Assembly (NCBI GenBank): GCA_030265395.1
Contig: JARFYF010000052.1
Location: forward strand, 99,063,906-99,127,905
Direction of reading: 5' to 3'
Origin: Rhina ancylostomus
Lineage: Eukaryota
DNA: 64,000 nucleotides
Part shown: piece after piece, positions 1 to 13,165 of the stretch
Layout of the letters: every line of letters starts with the position of its first letter
Numbering within the stretch: the first letter of the stretch is position 1
Made by a program: the position numbers and the translations under genes
Notes under the pieces: model-generated
Seen by the model: only the letters and a program-made list of their open reading frames with translations
What the model was told of the DNA's origin: nothing
The model's database searches: none

Positions 1-440
1 CAAGACATAAAAATTACAATAAGTTACAAAAATAAATAAATAGTGCAAAAGAGGAATGAAGAGGTAGTGTTCATGGGTTCATGAACCTTTCAGAAATCTG
101 ATGGCAGAGGGGTAGAAGCTGTTTCTGAAATGTTGAATGTGGGTCTTCAGGCTCCTGTACCTCCTTCCTGATGTAGTAACATGAAGAAGGCATGTCCCAG
201 GTGGTGAGGGTCCTTAATGATGGATGCTGCCTTCTTGAGGCGCTGCCTTTTGAAGATGTCCTCGATGGTGGGGAGTGTTGCGCCCGTGATGGAACTGGCT
301 GAGTCTACAATCCCCTGCAGCCTCTTTCAATCCTGCACATTGGAGCATCCATACCAGGCAGTGAAGTAACCAGGCGGAATGCTCTCCACTGTCCATCTAT
401 AGAAAATTTCAAGAGTCTTTGTTGACAGGTCACATCTGCT
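1..440 (-). mobile_element. Rex1/Babar-like LINE 3' fragment
   Basis: Reverse complement matches the 3' part of the element at 14508-15865 (TVESI...TAWYG, KAASIIKDPHHLGH). Confidence 0.75.
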
Positions 441-499
441 CAAAAATGTGCATGCATGTACTTGTGCATATGACAATAAACTTGACTTTGACTTCTTTG

Positions 500-1483
500 A
501 GCATGTAATAAGGATGGTTAATAGAGGGGATCCTGTAGATGCTGGGTATTTAATTTCCAAAAGGCATTTGATGAACTGCCACATGGGAGGCTGGTGCATA
601 AGTTGAAAGCCAGCCTCAGAGAAAACAGAAAGTTGGAATAATTTGGTTGTTTTCAGACAGGAAGAAGGTAACTAGTGGAGTACCACAGGGATCAGTTCTT
701 GGCCCACATTTGTTTACTATTAACATTAATGTCCTGGAGGAAGAACAATATGTAAGGTTTTCAACTTTGCCAATGATATGAAAATAGGTAGAAGGGCATG
801 TTGTGATAAGGATATTGCGATTCTGCTATGGGATATAGATAGATTGAGTGTATGGGAAAATGACTGGGTGGAATTTGTTGTGGAGAAGTATGAGATCATG
901 TATGAATCACAAAAAAACTAGCAGGCAGGTCCAAGAAGGAGTTAAGAAGGCAAACTGCATTTTGGCCTTCGTTGCAAAGGGGATGGCGTTCTAAAATAAG
1001 TAGAATTTGTTGCAATTGCACAGGGTGTTGGAGAGGCCTTATCTGGAATACTGCATGCAGTTTTGGTCCCCTTACCTAAAAATAAAATATGGTAATTTTG
1101 GAGGCAATACACAGGAGATTCACCAGGCTAATTACAGGGATGAGAGGGCTGTCTACCAAGGGAGACTGAATAGTTTGGGTATATATTCATCGGAGTTCAG
1201 AAGAATGGGGGGTGATTTTTTCCAAACATATAATATCCTAAGGGGATTTGGCAGGGTAGATGTTTTCACAAGTGGTAGAGTTTCAAACAAGAGCTACAAA
1301 ATAAGGGACTGGTCATTTAAGACCAGGGTGCATAAAAACTTCTTCCAGAGAGTGGTGAATCTCTGGAATTCTCTGCCCTGGTGGGTGGTGGGTACTGGAT
1401 CATTAGAAGTATGTAATGTGGAGGTAGGTAATATTTGATAGATAAGGAATAGAGGGGTATGGAGAAATGGCACAGAAGAGGCC
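500..1483 (+). mobile_element. CR1-clade LINE, decayed RT and 3' end
   Basis: RPYLEYCMQFWSPY, RMGGD..QTY.IL, FFQRVVNLWNSLP; frameshifted. Confidence 0.85.
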
Positions 1484-1607
1484 NNNNNNNNNNNNNNNNN
1501 NNNNNNNNNNNNNNNNNNNNNNNNNNNNNNNNNNNNNNNNNNNNNNNNNNNNNNNNNNNNNNNNNNNNNNNNNNNNNNNNNNNNNNNNNNNNNACCAAAT
1601 AAGATAT

Positions 1608-1925
1608 AACAGTAGGATAGCAGTTAATGCTGCAACACATCTCCAGCACCCCCAGCTCAATCCTCACTTAGGTTGCAGTCAGTGTGGAGCCTGCATGTTT
1701 TCTCTGTGACTGCATGGGTTTCCCCACAACTGTGAAAGTTTCCTCCCGCATCACAAAGATGTGCCAGTTCATAGATTAAGCAGCTAATGTAATTTGCCCC
1801 TAGTATTGGTAGAGGCAGAAGAATCAGGGTGGAGTTGGTGGCATGCATGTTACAGGGAAGTAAGTTTGGGAATGACACTTTGAGTTGTTCTGGTAGATGG
1901 ATCAAGTGCCCTCCTTCTATGTCAT
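1608..1925 (+). mobile_element. V-SINE-type tRNA-derived SINE
   Basis: V-domain-like core gtggagcctgcatgttttctctgtgactgcatgggtttcc...tttcctcccgcatcacaaagat. Confidence 0.65.
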
Positions 1926-2739
1926 AAGAAAATATGAGAAATGTGAACCTGTGATTTCTGATCTAACATAATGGATTACTTTAATGTGCTTTATCCATAC
2001 TACTTGCTTCATATTTTATGTAGTATGGTAACATTTCAAAGGATTCAAATAATCTAAGTGTTTTATCATGTCAAAGTATGTTAGACTAAAACAATTATTA
2101 AGATATAGGTAAACTACAGTGTTGAAGCTTCTGTAACCTACCTCATTCTTTATTTTTTAAACTTGGCATCCATCTTCGTGCTGTCTTTTTGTCCTTTAAT
2201 GTAATGTAAATATTTGTGTCATGAGTTACCAAACTGAACATTGTGCCCTAATTGTGATCTGATATCGGAAAGCATGTTTTACCAGTTAGCTCTATATTTG
2301 AACAAGAGAAATCATAGGCTAGATTTATTTACTAACAGTATCACAACAAGATCACCTACAGCAAGCCTAATACAGTAAGATTTGATGCCCTTTTATTCTC
2401 AGGATGCAAGTGATGATTTTGTGTTACTTGAACTGTAGTAGTTTTTGTGTCGATGGTCTTACAAAAAAGGCAATTTAATCTTTCTTGTCACTGCCACCAG
2501 TTACAATGAGATCTCTTCCTACTCCCACACCCAAATTGGAAATCAAACAAAATATATTTTTGCTCCCCTCCTCCACCTTTCCTGTACATGCTATCCATTT
2601 AGAAAACCAGCCGAAAGTACATCAATTTCCATATACACAGTATATCCTGACAATACTCAGTTATAATTCCTTTCTCAATTCCTCTACAGTCTCTTTGGTC
2701 CAAAATGAGTCCAATATTTAAATATTGGGAAAAGCAAAA

Positions 2740-3360
2740 CCATTGTCATTGGCCCCTGTCACAAACTCCATTCCTCTTACAGTCAACCGTCTCTTGGAAG
2801 CGCGTGTCAGGGTAGACATTTAAGCTGATGGCACCCAACTCCTTATCTCTTAACATTTCTGCTGCCACTGCCATCTAATATTGGATGAGCAGAAGTTTTC
2901 TCCAACCAGATGCTGGGAAGACCAAATTCATTGTCTTCACTTCCTGCTAGAAACTAACACCATCCTTTCTTTGGGTACTGAATCTGGAGCTGAATCCATA
3001 TATTCCCAACCTTGATTTCCTATCTGACCCTGAGTTGAAATTTTAACCTCCTATTCCCTCCGTCACGTAGAAAGCCACTTTCACTTGCCTGTCCATGCCT
3101 CAAATCAGCTCGGCTGCTGCTGAAACTTTCTTTAATGTATTTTTACATCCAGTCCTGATTATTCAAATGACTTGCTGAGCAGCCTTCTATTTTCCACAGT
3201 ACTTAAATAAACTTGAGCTCATCCAAAACTCTGCTGCCCACATCTTAACTTGCACTGAATTCCTTTCAGCCACCACTGGCCTGCACTGAAATCATCATCC
3301 TTGCACTCCATAACCTCCTTTTTCTATAATCTCCTCTGACTCCACTATCCTGTGGGATCT
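2740..3360 (+). mobile_element. Old L2-like LINE fragment
   Basis: aaacttgagctcatccaaaactctgctgccc (KLELIQNSAA) and cctgattattcaaatg (LDYSN-like); heavily decayed. Confidence 0.5.
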
Positions 3361-3797
3361 TAGTGATTTTGGGGCCTCACTTTTCCACAGCAAATATCCC
3401 AACTGTTGCCATAGGATGACCCAGCCTTTCCCACTCTCCTCCAGCAGCACAAGAACCAAGATATTTGATCACTTCAGTTTATAAGTTCATATATCCACCA
3501 TTCACATTCCTTATCAGAATTGATTATTAAACTACAGAAATTAGAACTTGTAAGGAGATCCATTACCTCACCTATTAAAGACTGCTCAAGTCATCACTTA
3601 AGTAGATTTGTCAACTTACATTGTTCCAGAGAGCTCATGGGTGTGTCTGTGAAATCATCAAAGTAATTTGCAAAAATACTTGTTGCCCTGATTATTTATA
3701 ATTTTAAGTATTTCATGAGGTGTTATTTATTTTGATTTCATGCACTTTGGCTCTGTGAGCACATTTCAAATTAAATATCATGTTTTTATCAATTTCT

Positions 3798-3831
3798 TCT
3801 CTCTCTCTCTCTCTCACTCTCTCTCTCTCTC
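3798..3831. repeat. (CT)n microsatellite
   Basis: Read directly from sequence. Confidence 0.9.
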
Positions 3832-5889
3832 AACATTTGAAATATCTGGATTATGTCATCACACATCCTCTTAAAGATCTCTGCCCTGATACTTTGCACC
3901 CATAGTGATTATGTCTTAGAAGTGTACTATTTTCTTTGAAGAGCTACAATTCTTAATGTTTTCTTCCTGTATGTATCTGATGACAATGCAAACTTGCATT
4001 TATCATGTAAAGTAATGGTCCACAGTGTTTTAGAGATGCAGTTGAAATAAAAATAGACACCAGACCAAAGGAGATGATATTCTCCTTAGTGGTGATCAAC
4101 ACCTTAGCCACATAGGTGGGCTCTAAGGAGGGCCCTAAGGGAAGAAAGAAAGGTGGAAAAGCAGAGGGGTGCCTCAAGAGAATTCCAAAGCATTGAAAGG
4201 CACAGTTGCCACGAGTGAGGTGAAGGCATGAAATATACAGGAAATCACTGCCGTGATGGTTATGTAACTTAATATTGCAAAGGCAGCTTCCAGTGAATTT
4301 AGCATTACTAATCCATTTCTATATATTAACTGAAGAGCTGTGCAAGAGCTTACAGCAAGGAAAGGACATGGCATGAAAGAGCTAACTCTTTTGTTGCCCA
4401 ATCTTCACAGGAGTCAAGAAAGTCAACCATGTACAATTATTTATTGACAATGAGATCATATGAATCATATGCAACAAATATACAAATGAGTAACATATGG
4501 AGATTGAAGAAGCTGTCAAGACAGGTCAGTGCATTATTATATTTCCACAATATATTATTGGCTGTTAACTTGTAATTGACATCAATGCCTGTGTCCACTG
4601 TAAACCGACTAATCTAAGAAGTTGTGTCCTTTCAGTGCTGGCATACCTTGTCCCATTACTCCCCAAACCTCTCAGCCTTCCTCAGATCTTGCACAAGACC
4701 AGATAATGTATTACATGTTCTTGTTCCACTCACAAACAATTCCATTGTTTGCTTTTTAATACGAGCCAATTTTTGTAGGTGAAGAATGCACTTTTTAAAT
4801 AAGTGTTTTCATGGTCGTAAGTACTATTCTATTTATCTACTCTCCATTCTGAGATCCACTCTGCACCCAGTTTAAGATGATATTTCAGGCAATTTACAGT
4901 GCATTTCCCAACATCAAACCAGGTGAATGAGTAGAGCAGCTGTGAGCCAACAGCTCAGTTGACGGATTAGTTAGTGCAGTCTGGGCTTATCTTTCTGGTG
5001 GAATAGTGCAGAAATAATTTCCTGCATGGAGGTATCATTAATTTCCTATTTTTAGATTCCCTATTAATGGCTCTGGCGCAGGAGAGTTTGATCCTTTGTT
5101 GACCCTGGTAGATGGCTACACATTGAATGCTTATCATTTAATGATTCATCTATATAAATTCCATTCTTGTTGATAACAAGGTGTAGTTACAATTTCAACC
5201 ACAGTACTGTTTGACAACCTTGATGGTGGTACTGTATTTTCTCATCAGATTAATACTTTGATATCCCTTTATCAAATTCCAGACTCAACAATGAGCTCAG
5301 CAATTTCATTTGATAACCTTGTTTCTATTTTTTTGTATAGCAGCTGTTGGTAATGATTCTGCCACTGTCATTTACAGCTTCTCTAGATTCGTCTTTTGTT
5401 TCTTGTCGCATTATCATCATCCTTCTAACTTCCACTTTCATCCCCATTGTCATTTAATCTTTCATCCCTTGCTCACTTCCTAACCTCCGTACTTGTTTAT
5501 GAACTACTATATCTTTAACCTTTTCTATTTCTAACAAAAATACTTTAAGTATTAATTCTCTTCTTGTTTTTCTCACCACAGATGCTGCACAACCTGCTCA
5601 ATATTTTAGCACTTTTGGTGCACTTTTCCAGCATCTGTGGTATCTTATTTTAGAACTGTTTAGGACAAAGCTAAATGTGCACAGGGCCAGGACTATCTAC
5701 TAAATATCATGGCTTGCTAAATCAATTAGCAACATGAATTTGCTGAGACTGAGTAAGTGGTCCTTAGTGCAACATTATCAAACTGAAGTTTGAGATCATG
5801 CTCTTACTTCAAAATTCCAAAAGGCAGTTAACAGTTAATCAGTAACGGACCAGATATAAACTGTGGCTGAATGTTGACTGGTTTGTTGA

Positions 5890-6018
5890 CAAGTCACGGC
5901 AGATGCTGGCATCTGGAGCAACAGACAATCTCCTGGAGGAATTCAGCAAGTAAAGGCAGCACCAGTGGAAGGAAATGGACAGTCTACATTGTGGGTCAGG
6001 ACCCTTCAGTTGGACTGC
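5890..6018 (-). mobile_element. Penelope-type terminal repeat copy
   Basis: cagatgctggcatctggagcaac...ggaaatggacagtc...gacccttcagttggactg; shared with the copies at 17461, 23701, 41322 and 53722. Confidence 0.6.
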
Positions 6019-7469
6019 TAGGGTCTCGAGCAGCAAATCGGATAACCCAAGCTGACTGTCAAAAGAGCTCGAAATGACATAAGTAAATATTTCAGGGTTG
6101 TTGGACTAATTGGATGGTTTACAAAAGAGTTGGTGCTGGGATAACAATCCAAATGTCTTGCTTCAGTCTTGATTATTTTCAGTTTTGAGATTGCTAAACC
6201 CTCCAGCAGTCAATGAAGAATTTTGGTACATACGCAGGGCAGGGAACACGCCTGCTATTTGATAAGTTTGAAGTGGATCAGTGGAATGGGCAATATGGAA
6301 TATAAAATTAACAATCACCAACCAGTGATTTACAAGACTGAAGACTGCATGGTGCTTGTTTAAGCTGGATTGTGATTCAGGGATATTTAAACACACGAAT
6401 CAAGAGTAAAGAGAGTTATTCTTGAGCCATCAATTTGAAAGAATGTAATCGGTGCAGCATCCTTTATCAGGCAATATAAGGTTACTGAGCCACACAGCCT
6501 GTGATAGTTTGACTGATAATCCTCTGGAATTTTGCCCTGATAAGCCTTGGATCTGAATTCCACATTCCACATTCTGCAACAACAAGACATGCTGCTCAAG
6601 AAACTGAAATAGGGATGTAATTACCAAGCAAAAATAGGAGGGTTAGTGGTATATAACAGCCTGTGGGTATATTAAATCATTTTTACATAAATTAAGATAA
6701 AATGAGAATTTGCTCTTAATCACCTTATTAGGGCCCTTGAATCAGATCTGGGTAATTTGTGGATTGATACCAGGTGAATGGATTGCTCTCACTTCACTCC
6801 TTTCTACCAAATAACATCTTGTAATCATCATTAGAATTCAACTGACTACTGCAGCATGGATAAATGTAACAATTCATGTTTCCCACGAGTATAAATTTCC
6901 CTTAATAGGTGATACTTCAAACAGGTTTATGTAATGCATAGTTCCATTAATGAAAGATGACATATACAAAGTTAAAATAAAGATAATCTATTTTCCTAGA
7001 TTACACCAGTAACCACACTTTAGAGGTACTTCACTGACTGTAAAGCACCACAGCTATCCTGTGTTTGTGAAATATATAATTGCAAATCTTACTTTCCTTT
7101 TGATTAAGTCTGTTTATCACGTGCTTCTGATATATGCAAATATCATAAAGGTTCCACATTGGGCACAATTGCTAATTGTAGTGCAAATATACACAGTCTG
7201 AAAAGTGAATTGTTTTCTCCTTGCTTATCTCAAACTTATACACTTAATACCGAAAACAAAATCTGCAATGAATCATTGCAATCAAGCAGAGTTTTCAAGC
7301 ATAATTTAAAAAGTGAATAGCTTCAAAAAATACTCCATGACAATTACAATGGTAAATAGGTAAAACATTGATTAATTTAGTTGAAAATTTGTTTATCACT
7401 ATAAATAAATATTTCAAGTTAAGGAGCCATCTCAGTATTTACTTATTTATTACAACAGAGGAGAAAGCT

Positions 7470-7810
7470 CCTCAGCCCATTTAATCCATACTGGTTCCCA
7501 GCAGAACAATTTCATTAGTCACATTCTCCTTATTTCCCTGCAACCTAGCAACTTATTTCACCTCACATGCCCTTAGGTTCTTCAGCTACTGCCCTACACC
7601 AGGAGTAATTTACAGTAGCTAATTAACCCACAAACATCTTTGGGATGTGATTGGAAACTTGAGAACACAAGGGAAACCCACATGATCATGGGGGGTGGCT
7701 GGGGGGGGGGATTGAGGAGGGAGTGCAAACTCCACACAGACAGCAGCACCCATGGTCAGGACTAAACCCAGCTCACTGCAACTGTGAGGTAGTAGCACAA
7801 ACTGTAGCAT
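7470..7810 (-). mobile_element. V-SINE-type SINE
   Basis: catctttgggatgtg...ggaaacccacatg...tgcaaactccacacagacagc. Confidence 0.7.
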
Positions 7811-7980
7811 TAATCCAAACATGAATTAGAAAATAAACAAATTATTTTCTAGTGTGATTGATGGTCGGTTGCTTAGAAAACATTAAAATATTGTCCAAAA
7901 CATTTCAAAATAAACTAGTTGGTCTCCATGCAGCCAGAAGAGTCAATTTAAATGTGTGGAGTTTACCCTAGGTTGTGCTC

Positions 7981-7997
7981 TAGCACCCTCTGGTGTT
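7981..7997 (-). promoter_or_regulatory. CTCF-like motif
   Basis: Minus strand reads ACACCAGAGGGTGCTA, close to the CTCF core CCACCAGAGGGCGC; motif match only. Confidence 0.35.
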
Positions 7998-8189
7998 CAT
8001 TTACAGCTTTTCCACTGGAGAAAGATGTACACACAGTGAGATAGAAACTTGATCAAAAAAGATTCAGAACTTTTCTTGTAGCTGCTGTGGTATTGAACTT
8101 CCACCACACTGGCATTAGAGTAAACTCCGTGCTAAAAGTAGAGCAAAATAAATTTGCTTTCAATATCTAAATATAAAAAAGGACCCTCA

Positions 8190-8760
8190 AGCAGTTCCAC
8201 CATTTGATGTTCATGGCTGGTCTGACTGCAGTTTAAACTCTGCATTCCCATCCACCCACAGTGACTTTTCACCCCCTCAGTTATCACTTCTCTGACTCTG
8301 CCTTAAAAATATTCAAAGACTGCTTCCACTTCAATTTGAGGAAGAGAGTTCCAAAGACTCATTATCCTCTGAGAGAAAAACTGACTTGCAATGCCTTCAT
8401 ATTAGCCTTCATCATGCATTAGAACACTGAGAACTCAGCAGTCTTTCACCATTTAGATAATATGTTTCTATTTTTCATTCTTCCTGTCAAAATAGATAAT
8501 TTCACATTTTCCCACATTATTTGCCAAATCTTTTCCCATTTATTTAATGTATCTATATCTCAGTGCAGCCTCCTTATGTTCCTTTCACAACCTACTTTAC
8601 TATTTGCCTTTGTGTCATCAGCAAATGTAGTAAGTGTACCTTAATACTTCCCTTCAAGTCATTATTTTAAATCGTAAAAAGTGGCCCTAGCACCAACTCC
8701 AGTGGTACATCATTCATTGCATCTTGCCATCCAGAAAAATACACGTTTATGCCCACTGTC
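8190..8760 (-). mobile_element. Decayed CR1 LINE
   Basis: tttgtgtcatcagcaaat (FADDTK on the minus strand); gagttccaaagactc 3' segment. Confidence 0.6.
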
Positions 8761-9086
8761 TGGTTTGGATATTAAGCTGGCTAGAATATATGGGTGGGGT
8801 TCAGAGTTTCCTCTGGGGTTCTAACTCTACAATGTATTCCTCATCTGGAAATCAGCTCGATTCCAGTCAGGAGAGGAGGCGGCCTGACCAAGTTGGAGAC
8901 TGGTCTTATTGACCTTGGGGAAGGAGGAAGGGAGTGGAAGGATGCTAACCACCATTCCAGGCATTTTTTTGTTGGGGTAGAAGGGTCTTGTAGTGAGGAG
9001 GACTTCTGGTGTCTGGAGAGAAATATTGCTGCTACTCTTGGATTGCAAGAATTGATACTAATACATTTACTTTCTATTCTATTGGC

Positions 9087-9383
9087 AGGCACGGTAGTGC
9101 AGCAGTTAGTGTAATGCTTTACCGTGCCAGCGATCCAGGTTCAATTCTGGCTGCTGTCTGTAAGGAGTTTGTACATTCCCCCTGTGTCTGTGTGGGTTTC
9201 CGCTGGATGCTCCAGTTTTCTCCCACATTCCAAAGACATACGGGTTAGGAAGTTGTGGGCATGCTATGTTGGCACTGGAAGCATGGTGACACTTGCAGAC
9301 TGCCCGCAGAACACTCTACGCAAAAGATGCATTTCACTGTGTTTTTCAATGTACACATGACTAATAAAGATACCTTATATCTT
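9087..9383 (+). mobile_element. Young V-SINE-type SINE
   Basis: tRNA-like head with B-box ggttcaattc, V core, aataaaga tail; near-identical inverted copy at 53861-54124. Confidence 0.8.
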
Positions 9384-12300
9384 AAGCTTCTTTTCACTTC
9401 TTTCCAACTGCTGTGTTTCCTGAACGTAGCAAACACAAAGGGCACTATAAACAGGTTAGGTCAATCGGTCTCCTAATAGTTAAATTGCCAACCCATCTTT
9501 TGGGCACATTCATTACCTGCCCCTTATGCATCCTCTATTAAGCCCAAAAGTGAGCAGACTGGAAGTGGATTCAAGGTTAAAATTTGTTTATAATTCTAAC
9601 CCCTGACCCAACTCCAATTTGCTCCATCTCTCCAAATACAGTATCTTCTAGAAATCTTAGCACATTCTTAAATGCACAATCAAACATTCTCTGCCAATTC
9701 ATATTGATACATATTTGTGGAACAGATATGTTTGCAGTGATTGTGATTACATGGATTAACATGCTAAGAAATTATCCCTGATCAATAGCACAATAAAGTA
9801 TAATATTGTAGAGGCTTCCTCCAAAGTCTGATTCATTGAACATAATGGACTACAATTTCAAAAGCAGAGGAAAATATCAAATACTACTATACACTGACAG
9901 TGGAATGTAAAGGACAGAAACAGGCTAAACAATCTGTCATGCTGGTATTTATGCTCCACGAAAACCTCACCCCTCTGCTCTCTTCTCACTTGTCCCAACC
10001 ACCTGTATTGTGCTATTCATTTCTACTTCATGTATTCACAAAATTTGCTGTGCAACTATATCTTGACCTAAATCGTTTTCTGAATTTTATATCCTACTCT
10101 CTGAGAATATTATACATTTGATATTACACCACCGTCAAATTTTATTCCATTTCTGACCTGAGAGATCCAAGCAATTTTGCATTTCACTATATGTATTGCC
10201 ATAAATTGTCTTATATGTTCATAAGAATGATATTAAGATTGCCAGCAGATACTGTATTTGAATAATTCAACACGATGGAAACATGGGCCAGGCTGAGTAG
10301 TTCCTGCTTTTATTTCAGATTTCCAGGAGTTTGCTTTCTTGGCATATGTTAGATTGCTCGATTTTAAAAAAAAGATTGCACAAGAGAATATATCCTGATG
10401 TTCTGCTTAAGTGCCTGCTCACCTAGATGTGTGATAGATGATCCCTGGGTGGTGCTTTTAGTGCATCTGGCAATAATTACAGCTACAGATTTACTAAAGT
10501 TTAAACCCCCACTGTTTATTAAATTCTTCCCTGTGAAAACATGTTATGTAGATCCAAATTAAAAAAAAGATCCTTTGCTATAACTTAATGCCATTTCTAC
10601 TTAAAGGATTTCATGCTTTTTAAACTCTCTTGTGGTCTGAATTTTCAGGGCCTTTGCCAGAGGGCAATATACTAAAGCTCTTGCCATGTGGTGCATGACC
10701 TAAGACCCTATTATAGCTGTGGATGTGGTAATGAACCCTTGAGCTTATTGCTAAGTGCCCTGAACAGTCTTCAACCAGGAAGTTGATCAAATCAATGGAC
10801 GTATGTAGTCATTTTTGGTCCAAAAAGTCTGTTGTGTGCACCATTCAAACATCAACCATGCATGTCCTTAAAGAATCCCAGTGATACATTCCTCTTCATT
10901 TTCTTGTACTGAGAGGAGCACAAGTAAGACTTCTGTAAAGTAACTAATGTAATTAACTTTTAAAATTATACACCTCTGTATAATCTGATTTTTTTTTTAT
11001 TTGCCATCTTTACTTACAAAAGTACAATCTCAGACTATGAGTAGAATCTGCCCATGTGTACTTGTAAGGATATGGTTCATGTTCATACATTCTGCCTGTC
11101 GACCTGGCTTTATAGGGCTAAAACATGTGCAACCACTTTTCCCTTTCATTGTTAGGCCTGGTCAATGATCGAAAAAGAACACTGATTCCCTACAGATGCT
11201 GTAGATACAGTATGAAATTACACACAATTGCTGGTTCAAGAGGCCTGCTTCTTCTAACTACCTTAGTACTGGTCTGAACCAGGAGTGGTGAATCTATATT
11301 GCTATAAAATCTATCAATCATTTTGAAATTGTAAATTACACCACATTGATCAAAGGAGGTCACAACCGGGCTGATGGATGTGGGAGTGCTTTAAGTATAA
11401 AGGCATGAGGCTAGGGTTTTTGTAAATTGTGGTGTTTTCTTTTCAGTACAATTTTTCAAGAAGTACTTTGGCCAAACAGTACAAATGATTAAGGTATTTC
11501 AAGCATAAATTACATTCCCTGCAATTCAATCAAGCATTTTTTTGGTAATGGTTTAAAAATTACTGTACTAAGCCACCCCACAAGAAAGGCTAAACTGCCA
11601 AATTACATGGATTATTTTCAATGTGATTTAGTTATTTTGATTTTGAATGATTTATATGGTACCTGTAGACACAGTCAAACTCTTTACAATTTTAGATGAC
11701 TTATTTATACAGCAGTTTTATTGCATATATTTTCTTTTCATCTAAATATATGGGAAACGACTTATCTATTTCATTTTGGATATTTAGTTGAACTATAATC
11801 AAAGCAAAAACTGCTTTTCTTTCTCCATTTTCAGCTTGGATTGAGAAATGCTTCACTCTTGAATGAGTTATTTGAATTATAGTGGAAGGTCGCTGTTCTA
11901 TATATCATGATGATTCAAATATCAAAATTAGCTAATGGCTATGCTTTTCAAAACAGTTATGTAGATTGCATGTAGATGTGGCGGGTTAATGCTGCTTTTG
12001 TAACTTCAGTTTTCTAAGTGACATTTTCTGACTGGCTTTGGGTATTAATAGGAATATAGTGCAGCTCTTTGACAGGACACCCCATTCCTGTTGCTTAGAA
12101 TTATTTATGACTATAACATTTCAATCAAAGAGAATGAAAAAGTGAGAACCATCTCTTAATCCTTTACTTATCAACAGGGAAGTAATTTAATTGGAGAAAA
12201 CGTGTGTTAGCCCATTGCCTGCAGTGAGGAAAGGTAGGAGACAGCATTTAGAAGAAAACTTGTCACACACAACACAGGATGGAGGCTATGCAGGGGACTG

Positions 12301-12513
12301 GAAAACAAAGATACACTTAGTTCACCAGCAAATTCTCTACTATCACTGTATGTATCAAGAGAACAATAACACATAATTGATAGAAAGAGGTTTTCTTCAT
12401 TTATATTGCTGTGAAAATATTTGACTTCTCTTCAGTTATCTGGAACAGCAGAATAGAGTACCTATGTTTCAGTTACACCATGTAAGAGGTCCAGGACAGG
12501 GTGTTAAAATATT

Positions 12514-13165
12514 GGATGATCTGTCCTGGGCCCAGCACATAGATGCAATCACAAGGAAAGAACACCAGCGTCTTTAGTCTCTTAGGAGGTTAAGGACATT
12601 TGGCATGTAACTGAACACTCTAACAAACTCCTGCAGAGGTGCTGTTGAAACTATCCTGAATGGTTGCATCATGGTCTGGTATGGCAATTCGAATGCACAG
12701 GAATGTAAAAATCTGCAGAGTAGTGGATTCAGCTCAATACATCATGGGCACATTCTTCCCCACAGTCAAAAGTATCTACATAAGGTGATGCCTCAAGAAG
12801 GCAACATTTATCATCAAAGATCCCCACCATCTGGGCCATGCCATTGGGCAGGAGGTACAGAAGCCTGAAGTCCCACACCACCCTGTTCCAGAACCGCTAC
12901 TTCCCTTCATTCATTTGATTCTTGAGCCAACCTGTGCAACCCTAATCACTACCTCAGTATAGGAATACTATGACCACTTTGCACTACAGTGGACTTTTTA
13001 TTGTTCTAATTGTGTTTGTTCTTGTATAATTTTGTATAATTTATGTTTAATTTATGTTTTCTTGTGAACATTGTTTCTCTAATGCTATGTGCCTGTGATG
13101 CTGCTGCAAGTAAATTTTTCATTGCACCTGTGCATACATGTACTTATGCATATTATGACAAACTT
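12514..13165 (+). mobile_element. Rex1/Babar-like LINE 3' fragment
   Basis: DDLSWAQHIDAI, ILNGCIMVWYGN; homologous to 15290-15720. Confidence 0.75.

Noticed and set aside
9087-9160. tRNA-like A/B boxes
   Set aside because: Head of a V-SINE; no cloverleaf, and it is followed by the SINE core, so not a tRNA gene.
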